From Sedimentisphaerales bacterium (GTDB taxonomy: Bacteria; Planctomycetota; Phycisphaerae; Sedimentisphaerales; Anaerobacaceae), in NCBI GenBank assembly GCA_040772485.1, contig JAXGYC010000010.1:417475-481474 (forward strand): 64,000 nucleotides of DNA, read 5' to 3'. The notes under the pieces are model-generated. The model made no database searches and was not told the origin of the DNA. It was given only the letters and a program-made list of their open reading frames with translations. This document shows positions 9,689 through 20,235 of the stretch, one piece after another. The stretch's first letter is position 1. Every line of letters starts with the position of its first letter. The position numbers and the translations under genes are program-made.

Positions 9689-12600
9689 ATGTGTAAGAAA
9701 ACGTTGTTTCTTCTGGCCGTGTTGGGGCTCGCGTTGAGCTCGGCGGTCCAAGCCGCCAACATCACGGTCGTCACGGAGAATGTGGACCGCGAGCCGGACG
9801 GAGTCGTCGATGACCAGGGACTGATCGACTGGCTCGTGGCCGAAGGGCACACGGTTGACGTACAACGTGACTACTGGTGGACTCTCGACGACGCCAAGAT
9901 CGCGGCGCTGAACGCCGCCGATCTGGTCATCATCAGCCGCCTGTCCAACAGCGGCAATTACGATGACGGCGACGAGGTGGCACAGTGGAACTCGATCACC
10001 GCGCCGATGCTCCAATTGAGCGCCTATCTCGTGCGCAACAGCCGCTGGAAATGGATGGACACAGGCACCGCAACCAACAACACGACCGACACCGTGATGG
10101 AAGTGCTCGACCCGACCCACGAGCTGTTTGCCGGCGTGACGCTCAGCGTTGCCGATCCAAACGACCCGAACGTGGTGGCGAACCTCGTCTCGGTCATCGA
10201 CCCCAACGTGGGCACCGGCATGACCTCCTTCATGGGCACCCTCGATCCGGGCAACGGCACCTTGCTGGCCACCGCGCCGGTTTCCGCCATGGCCTGGATC
10301 GTCGAATGGGACAAGGGCGCCGAGTACTACGCCGGGGCCGGTCAGTTTGCCGGCGGGCCGCGTCTGTACTTCTCGGTCGGAACGCAGGAATCCGGCGCCA
10401 CCCCCCAGGGCGCCTGGAACCTCACGGCTGAAGGCGAGATCATGTTCCGCAATGCGGTCAACTACATGCTGAGCATTCCGTCTCGCTACGCCTCGGCGCC
10501 GAGTCCGGCCGAAGGAGCCGGCGATCTGCTGCGCGACGAGGTGACGCTGGGCTGGACGGCCGGCACGACCGCCGCGACGCATGACGTCTATCTGGGCACC
10601 AGCCTGGAGGCCGTCGCCAGTGGCAGCACCGACAGCAACGACACGACGGGCACGCTCGTCAGCGCAAGCCAGACGGGCAACAGCTTCGATCCCGGCCGGC
10701 TCGAATTCGGCCAGACCTATTACTGGCGAGTCGACGAGGTGGGAGCCGCCCCTAATTACAGCGTCTATAAGGGCGACGTCTGGAGTTTCACCGTTGAACC
10801 GTACAGCATTCCCGTCACGAACGTGACCGCTACGGCCTCCAGCATGGAGAGCGACATGTTCGGACCCGAGAAAACCGTCGATGGGTCCGGCCTGGACGAG
10901 AACGACCTGCATTCGGCCAACGGCACCACCATGTGGCTCAGCTCCGGCGAGCCCGACGAGGTGGTCTACATCGAGTACGCGTTCGACAAGCCCTACCGTC
11001 TCGACATGGTCTGGGTGTGGAACTCCAACACCGCCATCGAGTCCATGTACGGCTACGGCCTCAAGGACGTGACCATCGAGACCTCGATGGACGGCGCCAC
11101 CTGGACGACTTTCGGCGACGTCGAATTCGCCCAGGCCCCCGGCGACTACGGCTATGCCCATGACACCGTGGATATGGCCGCCACCGCCGCCAAGTACGTC
11201 CGATTCGTCGCCAACAGCAACTGGGGCGGCGGGCTCAGGTACGGCCTGAGCGAAGTCCGCTTCTTCGCGATTCCCGTCCGCGCCAGGGAGCCGCAGCCGG
11301 TTCCCGGACAGGTCGAAGTGCCCGTCAACGGAACCTTGAGCTGGCGGTCCGGTCTGCTGGTCGGCTCGCACCAGTTGTACCTCAGCAGCAACAAGGCCGC
11401 CGTCGAGAACGGCACGGCCCTCGTGAAGACCCTGAACACCAACAGCTTCAACCTCGAGTCCCTCGGGCTGAACATCGGGACCACGTACTACTGGAAGGTC
11501 AACGAGGTCAACGACGTGTTCTCGCCCAAGGCCCTCGACGGCGACGTCTGGAGCTTCACCACGCAGAACTTCTTCGCGGTGGATAATTTCGAGAGCTACA
11601 CCAGCGACAATGTCAAGAACACCTGGGTCGACGGCTGGAAGAAGTCGACGGGCGTGCGCAACGCCTCGAACGTCAATCAGGTGATCGATCAGGAGGTCGC
11701 CAACAGCGGCAACCAGTCGGTGTTCCTGGCCTACGACAACTCGAAATCTCCGTATCACATCGAGATCGAGCGGACCATCTCCGGCCGGACCAACTGGGCC
11801 AACAACGGCGTCCAGAAGCTGGTGCTGTTCTTCCACGGCGATCCTGGCAACAAGCCGAACGACAAGCTCTATGTGACCATCAACGGCAAGACCGCTACGT
11901 ATGGTGGCGACCTGTCGAAGCCGTGGTGGAGGAGCTGGAGCATCGACCTGAATTCGATGGGCATCAACGTACGCGACGTCAGAGTCCTCGCCGTGGGCGT
12001 GGGCGACGTAACGAAGCCTGCGACAGGCCGCAAGGGGAAGATCTGGATCGATGACATCCGCCTGTATCGGACCGCTCCGTCGGTGCCCACCATCGTGGAC
12101 GCGGCGCTGGCAGTCAACAGCAGTGGCGATTTCAAAGGGCAGTTCGACACCCTTCTGGCGGCTATGAGCAAGGCCGATCCGGCGATCCTCGAAGCCCTGT
12201 CCAGCGAAGAGGACTACACCGTGTTCGCGCCCACCGATGACGCGTTCGCCGCAATGGGAATCAACGCGGGCAACGTCGGCAGCCTGGATACGGGGATCCT
12301 GAACGAGGTCCTGCTGTACCACGTGGTCGCCGGCAAACTGGCGTCGGCGGACGTTCTGGCCGCCAGCCAGATCGCCACGATCCAGGGCACGGCGATCCAG
12401 CAGGCCGACGGCGTGCTGACCGACGGCGTCGGACGTCAGGCCAATCTGCTGGCCGTTGACGGCGTCGCTTCGAACGGTCTGATGCACGTCGTGGATGCGA
12501 TGATGCTGCCTTTCGAGATTCGCAACATCGTCGAGATGCTGGTTGCCGCCAACAGCGCGGGCGACCTGGCCGGACAGCTCGATGAGCTGATCGGCATCGT

Positions 12601-13468
12601 GCAGAGCAACCCGTCGCTGATGGCGCTGCTGACCGGCGCAGACGAATACACCGTCTTGGCGCCGACGGATGCGGCGATCGCCGCGCTGCGGCTGGCCGCT
12701 GATGAGAATCTGTTCCTGTACCACATCGCGCCCGGCTCCCTGCTGGCGGCGGACGTGCTCGCGGCCGAAGAGCTCACGATGCTCAACGGCGGCACGCTGA
12801 AGCAGGCAGGCGGCGTCCTGATCGATGCCGCCGGACGGCAGGTGGCCTTGGTCGCGACCGACATCATTGCGGCCAACGGCGTCGTCCACGTCATTGACGC
12901 CGTGCTGCTGCCGGTGCCGGTGATCGAGAACGCCAGCTTCGAGCTGCCCGGGACGGAGAAGCAGAAAGGCTTCGACGCCGTGCCCGGCTGGGCCACCGAC
13001 GCGAACGTCGTGAACTCGGGCGTCGAGACGGGCTACACCGCCACCGATGGCGAGTGGACCGCGTACCTGATGAGCGGCGATCCCTCCGTCTGGCAGATGA
13101 CACCCGTGACTCTGGGGCAGGGCGACCTGTTCACGCTGAAGGTGGATGCCCGGATCACCTGGGCGGCCACGACGATGCGCATGACCCTGTACTATCTGGC
13201 GGACGGCGTACGCGTTCCGGCGGCAACCGCCGACGTGGCGCTGACCGATGCGATGCAGGAGTACGCCCTGGAACTGAACGCTTACCTGGCGCCCGACGCG
13301 GTCGGCAAGACGATCGGGATCGAGTTCCAGAACGTCAGCGACGGCGACTCGTGGATCGGGTTGGACAACGTGCGTCTGGAAGGCCCGACGGCCGCTCCGG
13401 AGCCCGAACCCGAGCCTGAGCCCGCTCCTGAGCCCGCTCCTGAGCCCGAGCCGGTGGTTGTAGAGTAA
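9689..13468 (+). CDS. large secreted protein with discoidin (F5/8C)-like, two fasciclin and CBM-like domains
   Basis: RBS AGGAGG; signal peptide; YYWRVDEV/GDVWSF repeats; GLSEVRF; YTVFAPTDDAF/NGVVHVIDAVL fasciclin motifs twice; PEPA tail. Confidence 0.85.
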   Translation: MCKKTLFLLAVLGLALSSAVQAANITVVTENVDREPDGVVDDQGLIDWLVAEGHTVDVQRDYWWTLDDAKIAALNAADLVIISRLSNSGNYDDGDEVAQWNSITAPMLQLSAYLVRNSRWKWMDTGTATNNTTDTVMEVLDPTHELFAGVTLSVADPNDPNVVANLVSVIDPNVGTGMTSFMGTLDPGNGTLLATAPVSAMAWIVEWDKGAEYYAGAGQFAGGPRLYFSVGTQESGATPQGAWNLTAEGEIMFRNAVNYMLSIPSRYASAPSPAEGAGDLLRDEVTLGWTAGTTAATHDVYLGTSLEAVASGSTDSNDTTGTLVSASQTGNSFDPGRLEFGQTYYWRVDEVGAAPNYSVYKGDVWSFTVEPYSIPVTNVTATASSMESDMFGPEKTVDGSGLDENDLHSANGTTMWLSSGEPDEVVYIEYAFDKPYRLDMVWVWNSNTAIESMYGYGLKDVTIETSMDGATWTTFGDVEFAQAPGDYGYAHDTVDMAATAAKYVRFVANSNWGGGLRYGLSEVRFFAIPVRAREPQPVPGQVEVPVNGTLSWRSGLLVGSHQLYLSSNKAAVENGTALVKTLNTNSFNLESLGLNIGTTYYWKVNEVNDVFSPKALDGDVWSFTTQNFFAVDNFESYTSDNVKNTWVDGWKKSTGVRNASNVNQVIDQEVANSGNQSVFLAYDNSKSPYHIEIERTISGRTNWANNGVQKLVLFFHGDPGNKPNDKLYVTINGKTATYGGDLSKPWWRSWSIDLNSMGINVRDVRVLAVGVGDVTKPATGRKGKIWIDDIRLYRTAPSVPTIVDAALAVNSSGDFKGQFDTLLAAMSKADPAILEALSSEEDYTVFAPTDDAFAAMGINAGNVGSLDTGILNEVLLYHVVAGKLASADVLAASQIATIQGTAIQQADGVLTDGVGRQANLLAVDGVASNGLMHVVDAMMLPFEIRNIVEMLVAANSAGDLAGQLDELIGIVQSNPSLMALLTGADEYTVLAPTDAAIAALRLAADENLFLYHIAPGSLLAADVLAAEELTMLNGGTLKQAGGVLIDAAGRQVALVATDIIAANGVVHVIDAVLLPVPVIENASFELPGTEKQKGFDAVPGWATDANVVNSGVETGYTATDGEWTAYLMSGDPSVWQMTPVTLGQGDLFTLKVDARITWAATTMRMTLYYLADGVRVPAATADVALTDAMQEYALELNAYLAPDAVGKTIGIEFQNVSDGDSWIGLDNVRLEGPTAAPEPEPEPEPAPEPAPEPEPVVVE

Positions 13469-13513
13469 GATCGAGAAAGACCGCTCAGGTGGTCTGACTC
13501 GCCAAGTTCATCG

Positions 13514-13550
13514 CGGGGTCCGTATCGACAGGATACGGGCCCCGTTTTCT
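13514..13550 (+). terminator. intrinsic terminator
   Basis: CGGGGTCCGTATC/GATACGGGCCCCG stem followed by TTTTCT. Confidence 0.75.
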
Positions 13551-13675
13551 TATGCGCGAGGACGAGCCACGCGGACCGGGAACGGGACGGGCGAAAAAGG
13601 TTTGGGGTTCCCCTTCTGTCTGTCGTGCCGCTCAGACAGTTCCGCACAAGCCAGCGGGCCTACAGGGCAGGCCTG

Positions 13676-13912
13676 TCAGTGTTTGTAGCGCTGCGGGATG
13701 TCGGAACTGAGCCCTTTGCCCATGGCCGACAGCAGCAGCAACTCCGCCGCAATCAGCAGGTAAATCGGCCCGAGCAGGAGACTGCACACGATGGCAAACT
13801 CCCGCGTCGGACGGTCCCATGAGCCTTTGGCGCAGCACAACGCTGCGCCTTCCGTGCAGAAATACGCCAGCACGGCCGAAAGAACCCACAGCAGCACCCA
13901 TACCCCAGCCAT
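13676..13912 (-). CDS. small membrane protein
   Basis: 78 aa, two hydrophobic stretches, GAGGA upstream. Confidence 0.5.
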   Translation of the reverse strand: MAGVWVLLWVLSAVLAYFCTEGAALCCAKGSWDRPTREFAIVCSLLLGPIYLLIAAELLLLSAMGKGLSSDIPQRYKH

Positions 13913-14211
13913 ACTCTCATCCTCTCAATGCAGGATAACGACGGCTTCTCAAGGTGCAGGACAGAAGATGCGATTCGAAATGCCAAAGATGGCCAACCAC
14001 CCCTATTATACCACGCCGCACAATAGAAAACGGTTCCCGAACAGTTTTTTTGTGTGCAGGTTTCCGGGGCGCTGGCATTCGTGAGCCCTGAAATCCGCAC
14101 ACGCACTACGAGTGACGAGATCCGCCTTGCGGACCGGCGAGGGATGTGCTATGAATATCGCGTGCGGGATGGGGAATCGGCCTTGCATCGAAACTGGAAC
14201 TGACAGGGGTA

Positions 14212-14634
14212 TTGCCGTTGGAATCGAAGCAGATTGAAGAAGGGCTGGAGTTTGTGCCGAAGTTCAACGCCGAGGGTCTGATCCCGGCCATCGCCCAGGA
14301 CGCCGAGACGGGCGAGGTGCTGATGGTCGCGTGGATGAACCGCGAGGCGCTGGACCACACGATCGCGACCGGCCGGGGCACGTACTACAGCCGCAGCCGC
14401 AAGAAGCTCTGGAAGAAAGGCGAGGAGTCCGGCCACGTCCAGCAGGTCCGCCAGATCCTCGTCGACTGCGACCAGGACTGCCTGATCCTCAAGGTCCGCG
14501 TCGACGCCGGACAGTGCCACGTCGGCTACCAATCCTGCTTCTACCGCGCCATCAAACCCGGCTCCGCCAAGGCCCTCGAATTCATCGCACAGAAGACCTA
14601 CGACCCCAAGGCCGCATATAAAAAACAGGTGTGA
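14212..14634 (+). CDS. hisI: phosphoribosyl-AMP cyclohydrolase
   Basis: GLIPAIAQD, YYSRSRKKLWKKGEESGH, DCDQD, CHVGYQSCF motifs; start codon uncertain. Confidence 0.95.
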   Translation: MPLESKQIEEGLEFVPKFNAEGLIPAIAQDAETGEVLMVAWMNREALDHTIATGRGTYYSRSRKKLWKKGEESGHVQQVRQILVDCDQDCLILKVRVDAGQCHVGYQSCFYRAIKPGSAKALEFIAQKTYDPKAAYKKQV

Positions 14635-14666
14635 AGAGTGAGAAGGGTTTGAAGGGTGTGAAGGGC
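14629..14666. repeat. 9-bp tandem array (GTGTGAAGG-like)
   Basis: About 4 units; overlaps the hisI stop; inverted relative to 15391-15479. Confidence 0.75.
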
Positions 14667-14746
14667 GCGCAGAGGGTTGGCGGGACTGAGGCGGGACAGA
14701 GCCGCTGCGGGGTGCGTGCGCTCGTTGGCGAGTGGAAATACCTGGA

Positions 14747-15238
14747 TCACGTGTCGGAGGCCGCCAGGCGAGACGGACGGTCGTACTTTTCGCCACGATA
14801 GCTCGATCGCTGCAAGTGGGCGATCAGGTTCGACAGCATCCCGCTGATCCGGCGTGACAGATGGTGCAACCCGTCGTAGTCGGCCTGCGAGATGTAGCCC
14901 TGGTCACCGGCAATCGCCAGTTGCGCCCGCACCTCCCCGCACGAGCCCTTCGCGATGTAGAGAAATTGGATGAACTCCTTTGTGGCGCCCCGCTCGAACC
15001 CCTCGGCCACGTTCGACATGATCGAGACCGACGCCCGCCGAATCTGCTCGGCCAGCCCGAGGTCGCGAGCGAATCGGCCCTCACGAGTCCGGCGATAGAT
15101 CGCGTTCGTCAGCTCCCGCGCCCGCTGATAAACGTGCAGGTCCTCGAACCCCTCCGCCGCCCGCCCCGCGCCACCTTTCTCCCCCTTCACCCCCTTCACA
15201 CCCTCCTGCCCGTTCTGACGCATCTGGCTCTTCATCAT
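14747..15238 (-). CDS. four-helix bundle protein (23S rRNA IVS protein/bAvd-like family)
   Basis: FEDLHVYQ, QIRRASVSIMSNVAEGFER, FLYIAKGSCGEVRAQL motifs. Confidence 0.9.
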   Translation of the reverse strand: MMKSQMRQNGQEGVKGVKGEKGGAGRAAEGFEDLHVYQRARELTNAIYRRTREGRFARDLGLAEQIRRASVSIMSNVAEGFERGATKEFIQFLYIAKGSCGEVRAQLAIAGDQGYISQADYDGLHHLSRRISGMLSNLIAHLQRSSYRGEKYDRPSRLAASDT

Positions 15239-15390
15239 CGCATCGCTCCCTTCGCACCATCTTGAGGTCTTGTCCCTCCGGCAGTCTCCGGCGGGCCACG
15301 GAGGTCTCGCCGACCCAGCCGGGATTCACCGCAGCCATTCCATTATCACCCCGACCCACTCGCTGTCCAAGCCAAAACCGGCGTACCGCC

Positions 15391-15479
15391 CACCCTTTCA
15401 CACCCTTCTCACCCTTCAAACCCTTCTCACGTTTCTCACCCTTCTCACCTTTCACACCCTTCTCACGTTTCTCACCCCC
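15391..15479. repeat. 9-bp tandem array (CACCCTTCT-like)
   Basis: About 10 imperfect units read directly. Confidence 0.85.
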
Positions 15480-15564
15480 GCCGTGGCAGCAGCCTATTGA
15501 CAGCCGGCCGCCGGCGGGGTATGCATGGGGCAAATCAACCTATCCCTTTTTGGAGGAACGTAGC

Positions 15565-16566
15565 ATGAGACGCGGAACGTTTTCCCAAGCCACCCTGTGT
15601 GCCTGCCTGCTGATGACCCTGCTGACGGCGCCCGTGTGGGCCCAGCCGCCCGGCGGACGCGGCATCTTCGGCGACTGGCAGGTCAAGATCCCCTTCGGCG
15701 AGCGCGAGATGAACGTGATCCTCTCGTTCACGCGCGGCGGGCCCGAGGGCGGATGGGCCGGACAGTGGATCAGCCCCTTTGGCGTCAACGACCTGAAGGA
15801 CATCAAGTTCGAGGACAACACCCTGCGCTTCGTCCACGTCGCCCGCTTCGGCGACAACGAGTTCATCTCGACGTTCAGCGGCACGATCGAGGAGAACAAG
15901 CTCACCGGCGTCCTGTCCAACGATCAGGGCGAATCGGACGTCACCGGCCAGCGCAGCCCGCGCCTGTCCTCCGCCGCCGGCCGATGGGAGATGAAATACA
16001 AGGTCGGCGACCGTGATGTCACCAGCACGCTGGTCGTCACGCCCGACAAGGAAGGCCAGCTCGCCGCCAGGTGGGAGAGCCAGTGGGGCGAGCACGAGAT
16101 CAGCGACTTCTCGTACGAGCGACGCGTCCTGAACTTCAAGCGCAAGAGCAAGATGCAGGACCGCCAGTGGGAATCGACCTTCAACGGCACCATCGACGGT
16201 GACACGCTCACCGGCACGATCAAGTCCGAGATGGGCGACGTCGACGTCCAGGGCGCCCGCCTCGGTGCGGCCGCCATCGGCACCTGGAACCTCGACGTCG
16301 AGACCGAGTGGGGCCCCATCAAGCAGCGGCTTGTCGTCCACCCCGACATGAGCGCTCTGTACGGCACGATGCCCATCAAGAAGGTCGAGTTCGCCGACGG
16401 CAAGCTCACCTTCGGCATGGTCGTGCCGTTCGGAGACGAGGAGTTCAAGATGGACTTCGCCGGCAAGATCGCCGACGGCAAGCTCACCGGCCAGATGAAC
16501 ACCTCCCGCGGCACGCAGGAGATCAAGGGCGCCAAGGTCGTCCGCCCGCAACGCCCCGGCCGCTAA
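15565..16566 (+). CDS. secreted protein with three repeated beta-rich domains
   Basis: RBS GGAGG; signal peptide; three G.W...F.G.I....LTG repeats. Confidence 0.75.
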   Translation: MRRGTFSQATLCACLLMTLLTAPVWAQPPGGRGIFGDWQVKIPFGEREMNVILSFTRGGPEGGWAGQWISPFGVNDLKDIKFEDNTLRFVHVARFGDNEFISTFSGTIEENKLTGVLSNDQGESDVTGQRSPRLSSAAGRWEMKYKVGDRDVTSTLVVTPDKEGQLAARWESQWGEHEISDFSYERRVLNFKRKSKMQDRQWESTFNGTIDGDTLTGTIKSEMGDVDVQGARLGAAAIGTWNLDVETEWGPIKQRLVVHPDMSALYGTMPIKKVEFADGKLTFGMVVPFGDEEFKMDFAGKIADGKLTGQMNTSRGTQEIKGAKVVRPQRPGR

Positions 16567-16583
16567 TGCAACGCAGCGCATTC

Positions 16584-16622
16584 GAGCCTGCCGGCGCCAC
16601 GGCCCGGCAGGCTCTTCCTTTT
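16584..16622 (+). terminator. intrinsic terminator
   Basis: GAGCCTGCCGG/CCGGCAGGCTC stem plus T-rich tail. Confidence 0.75.
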
Positions 16623-16682
16623 CGTCGCATGTCGCTCGTCGTCCGTGACCTGTGGCCCGAGGTTCGTATCTCGTCGTGCGGC

Positions 16683-17046
16683 GTGCGTATGGCGTCAATC
16701 GTGATTCCTCCGGCCTACCGCCTCCAGCCTCCGGCCTGCATGACGCGGGATGCGTGAAGCGGCGTACTTCAAACTTGTCGCTTGTCACTTGAAACTCAGC
16801 CGCAGGCCGCATACTCAAAACTCAACACCAAGCGCTCAAAACTCCGCCCGCCGCACCCCTTCGCACCCTTCAGACCCTTCACACCCTTCGCACCCTTCGC
16901 CCCCTTCGCCCCTTCACACCCTTCGCACCCTTCAGACCCTTCCCACCTTCGCCCTTGCCCGCCCATCGTAGGGCCGAATCATCATTCGCCCTGCATTCGA
17001 CCCGACAATTGTACCGGACACTTTTAATTCCCCCCTTTGATTATCC
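16683..17046 (+). repeat. left arm of ~364-bp inverted repeat
   Basis: Reverse complement of 21517-21880; the 73- and 81-aa ORF translations are identical in both arms. Confidence 0.95.
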
Positions 17047-17167
17047 CTGCCCGCCTCCATCTACACCCTCAAACAACCAGGAATCCGGCGCGATCTGCCG
17101 AGAAAACGGGCTCTGCCCATCCCAAGACCCTGCTCCGGTTGATCCCCGCCCACAGTCTGACAGACGC

Positions 17168-18925
17168 CTATCCGTTTCCTGGCCTCGACTGCTTTCGGAG
17201 GGTCTCCACTGCCTCAGCAAGAGCCTTCTCATCAGGGGACTTCGTTGCCCATTCGACCCAGAAATCGCGCGTGATGCTTGCAGGGGTAACCAGAGGTTTG
17301 TCGAGCTTGATGCGAGTTGGCAGAAGGACGGCATCGCCGAGCAACACCCCCTCCCCTGTATCCAGAAGGGGGAGAATGTCTGTCACGCCCGCCATTGAAT
17401 CAGGTACAAGCCTGCGAATGACGGCCTGATCACTGTCGTTCGTCAATCGAAGAACGAGGAAGTTGTTGCACTGGCTGAGGATGGTCTTGCTCACGTCGGA
17501 TGGACGCTGACTCACAGCAAGAATCGAGACCCCATATTTCCTTCCTTCTTTGGCAATTCGTTCAAATGCCGCAAGTGCTTGACGCTGAACAGCGTCTGCG
17601 TCCTCTCTGACTGGAAGGTACAGGTGCGCCTCGTCGCACACCAACGTAAATGGGGTGCGCTTCTCAGGCCGTGTCCAAAACTGCACCTCATATAGTAGTC
17701 TCGCGAATGTCCCCGTGACAACAGGCAGTACATCTGAGGGAACCTCAGAGAAATCTACCACTTTGATGCCGGGGCAATTCTTGTTACTCCCAAGCAGTCT
17801 CGCCATCTGGGCTGCCAGCCAACCATACGCGAGGGCTTCCGCCGGGGGTTGGAACAGGAAACCATAGCGCCGGTCCTCAATCTTGGCTTCAAGGCGGGAT
17901 ATGAACCGCGTGAGCTTTCCTTCCCAATCTCCCTTGACCGGTCCGGTCTTCCCCTGGCCCTTACGCGTATCATCATCCTGAAGCCGCTTTACCAGATCAG
18001 CCAGTTCGTAGGGAATTGGAGAATCGACGGTGAATGTCTGACGCACTTCATTCTGCTTCTCATCAGCCAACGTTCTATCCTTGAGTTCCCTGACATGAAG
18101 AGTAAATCGCGATGCTTGGTTCGGGGCATTCTGGTCGCTCCGATCCAGAATCATAGACAACATCTCTTCCCTGTTAAGAAGCCAATAGGGCAGGAAGATG
18201 GCATTACTCGGCGGCTTCTTCAGGTCACCAGGCCCAGCTATTCGAAAAGGTGAGGCAAACCCGCCTTTCTTCTGGTCAGTCAAGGGGCTATATTCGCCGT
18301 GCATATCTAATACGACGATGTTCGGATACTTCAACCTGCTCGCCTTCTCCAGTATCAGCGCCACCGCCCAGCTTTTTCCCGATCCGGTACTACCCAAAAT
18401 TGAGGCGTGGCGCTGGAAGAATTTGTCTCCGTCAGCTATCGCCACGGCCGTGCGATCGGCCACGAAATGTCCAACCGCAAGCCTCTCGTTCTCTGGCACA
18501 TTTGCCCCAAGTAGTGCCATGAACCGTTGGAGGTTCGCTCCTTCGATGAAATAGCATTCGCGATCAACCTGCGGAAAGGAATCAGCTCCTCTCTTGAACA
18601 CGTTCGTTTTATCGCCATCTACGGTTCTGTAGGTGCCGACAAGAAAGGCACGCAGCATATCTTTATTGCTCAGGCCGATCGGGATTTCTGTAGCCGTGTC
18701 GGCTTCCTCTTCCATCAGGTTTTCCCCGAGCGTTCGTGTGACTCGCTCGGTCATACCTATGAGATATTCGCGTTCCGTTGTGCCTTTAATGGCCACCAAA
18801 TTGCCCACCCCGACACGCGTCAAGAGGATAGGGTCATTCACATCAATCCACACCCTGCTCGTGTCAACCCCCGCCACGCGTCCAAGCAAGGCAGCGCCTT
18901 CAAACTGTAGTGCAAACTCAGTCAT
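17168..18925 (-). CDS. herA: HerA-like ATPase (HAS barrel + DUF87) of a SIR2-HerA anti-phage system
   Basis: Walker A GSTGSGKS, Walker B LVCDEAH, KEGRKYG, SQRPS motifs; ATGA overlap with the reconstructed SIR2 stop. Confidence 0.9.
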   Translation of the reverse strand: MTEFALQFEGAALLGRVAGVDTSRVWIDVNDPILLTRVGVGNLVAIKGTTEREYLIGMTERVTRTLGENLMEEEADTATEIPIGLSNKDMLRAFLVGTYRTVDGDKTNVFKRGADSFPQVDRECYFIEGANLQRFMALLGANVPENERLAVGHFVADRTAVAIADGDKFFQRHASILGSTGSGKSWAVALILEKASRLKYPNIVVLDMHGEYSPLTDQKKGGFASPFRIAGPGDLKKPPSNAIFLPYWLLNREEMLSMILDRSDQNAPNQASRFTLHVRELKDRTLADEKQNEVRQTFTVDSPIPYELADLVKRLQDDDTRKGQGKTGPVKGDWEGKLTRFISRLEAKIEDRRYGFLFQPPAEALAYGWLAAQMARLLGSNKNCPGIKVVDFSEVPSDVLPVVTGTFARLLYEVQFWTRPEKRTPFTLVCDEAHLYLPVREDADAVQRQALAAFERIAKEGRKYGVSILAVSQRPSDVSKTILSQCNNFLVLRLTNDSDQAVIRRLVPDSMAGVTDILPLLDTGEGVLLGDAVLLPTRIKLDKPLVTPASITRDFWVEWATKSPDEKALAEAVETLRKQSRPGNG

Positions 18926-18970
18926 ACCTCAAATACCTCCCGCACAAATACATCCAAATCCCACAAACTA

Positions 18971-20235
18971 GTGCCGTTTCCATTAACACAGTATCGGGTT
19001 TCTCTGCGGCAGTTTAGGCTACCTTCTTGGTGTGCCAATAGTATGTCTCCCACTGTGTGACACTGATCTGGCGTTTGCGGTTACGCCAGTCCAGGTAGCT
19101 TATGATCGCTTGTTGCTGTTGCTCATGACTGCGGTAATCCGTGTTGTCTAAGGTGAACTTCCTCAGGGCCGTCAAATGACATTCAATGCGGTTAAGCCAA
19201 GAAGCATTTGTAGGGGTCCAGTAGAAGCGAATGTTATGGCAGGAGGCATACCGTCGCACCTCGGGCGTACCGTGGTAGCCCGCATTGTCCAGGACGATGT
19301 GCAAGGTCTCAGCACGCCGGTAGCGCCGACGTAGCTGCTTGAGAAACGGCAGGAATGTCGTCCCGTTCTTCACCGTGGTGAATGAGCCGATCAGCGTATC
19401 CGACTCCATATCGTACGCGGCGAACAGGTGCCGTACCCCTCCGGTGCGGCTATACGTGGCCCGCAGGCGATCCACGTGACCGGTTCGGGCATAATGCAGG
19501 CCGTGCCGAGGCTGCAGATTCAACGGCCCAAACTCATCGACACAGATACGCCGGCCTCCTTTCGGCCGTTTGGCGTACAGTCGCCGAAGCCGCCGATACT
19601 TGGGCCAGAACTCCGGATCGGTAGATTCTTTCCAGGTCTTGGTATGCCGCCAACGGATCTTATGTCGTCGCAACAATTGACGTAGCCACTCTAAAGAGAT
19701 GCAAGCGACGATCCTCTGCTCCTGGAGGTACGCACGTAATTTCGATAAGGACCATACACTCATCTGGATCAGAGCCTTCGGCGGTGACAGGGCCACTTCA
19801 TAGATTTGTTCGATGGTATCGGAGAAGAACTTCACAGGGCCCGTGCATCCACAATAATAGGGATACCAGGTGATGCTCTCGATCCCGCCACGATTGAAGC
19901 GATGGAGGACGCGGCGAACCCACGCCGGTGAGCAGTCGCACCGGTCGGCGATCGAAGCGTTCTGGAGGCCGCCGCGCGATAGAAGGATGATGCGAGCGTG
20001 TCGACTGTTGACCAGATTGGTGGATTGTTGTTTCATGCGATGTAGCTTTCGCGACTCATACGGCTTCAGCGTTCGTGCTCGAACCTTGTCCATGGCAAGT
20101 TCTCCACTTTGGTCTTCCGAAATCTCCAAGTGGAGAACCTATCTATATCACCTCTCGTGTTGGCGCAAGTCCTTTCTTAGACCGCCGTTACGATGATTTA
20201 ACAATGTCACGAAACTCGCCCACTGGAAACGGCAC
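18971..20235 (-). mobile_element. IS630-family insertion sequence
   Basis: Terminal IRs GTGCCGTTTCCA/TGGAAACGGCAC; TA duplicated at 18969-70 and 20236-37. Confidence 0.92.
19014..20129 (-). CDS. IS630-family transposase
   Basis: N-terminal HTH; CVDEFGP, IVLDNAGYH, TPTNASWLNRIE DDE motifs; start may be 20093. Confidence 0.92.
   Translation of the reverse strand: MEISEDQSGELAMDKVRARTLKPYESRKLHRMKQQSTNLVNSRHARIILLSRGGLQNASIADRCDCSPAWVRRVLHRFNRGGIESITWYPYYCGCTGPVKFFSDTIEQIYEVALSPPKALIQMSVWSLSKLRAYLQEQRIVACISLEWLRQLLRRHKIRWRHTKTWKESTDPEFWPKYRRLRRLYAKRPKGGRRICVDEFGPLNLQPRHGLHYARTGHVDRLRATYSRTGGVRHLFAAYDMESDTLIGSFTTVKNGTTFLPFLKQLRRRYRRAETLHIVLDNAGYHGTPEVRRYASCHNIRFYWTPTNASWLNRIECHLTALRKFTLDNTDYRSHEQQQQAIISYLDWRNRKRQISVTQWETYYWHTKKVA

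Noticed and set aside
9095..12889. 1264-aa minus-strand ORF and similar long shadow ORFs (897-2516, 36837-38738, 39934-41502, 51878-53791)
   Set aside because: They lie antisense to well-supported genes and have no motifs; such ORFs are expected at high GC.
13394..13453. 12-bp tandem repeat
   Set aside because: It encodes an ordinary Pro/Glu/Ala tail.
14747..15238. Diversity-generating retroelement or 23S intervening sequence
   Set aside because: No reverse transcriptase or adenine-mismatched TR/VR pair was seen. The gene is outside the 23S, which has normal length.
16750..17027. Identical 73- and 81-aa ORFs in both IR arms
   Set aside because: They are low-complexity translations of tandem arrays without an RBS, useful only as evidence of arm identity.
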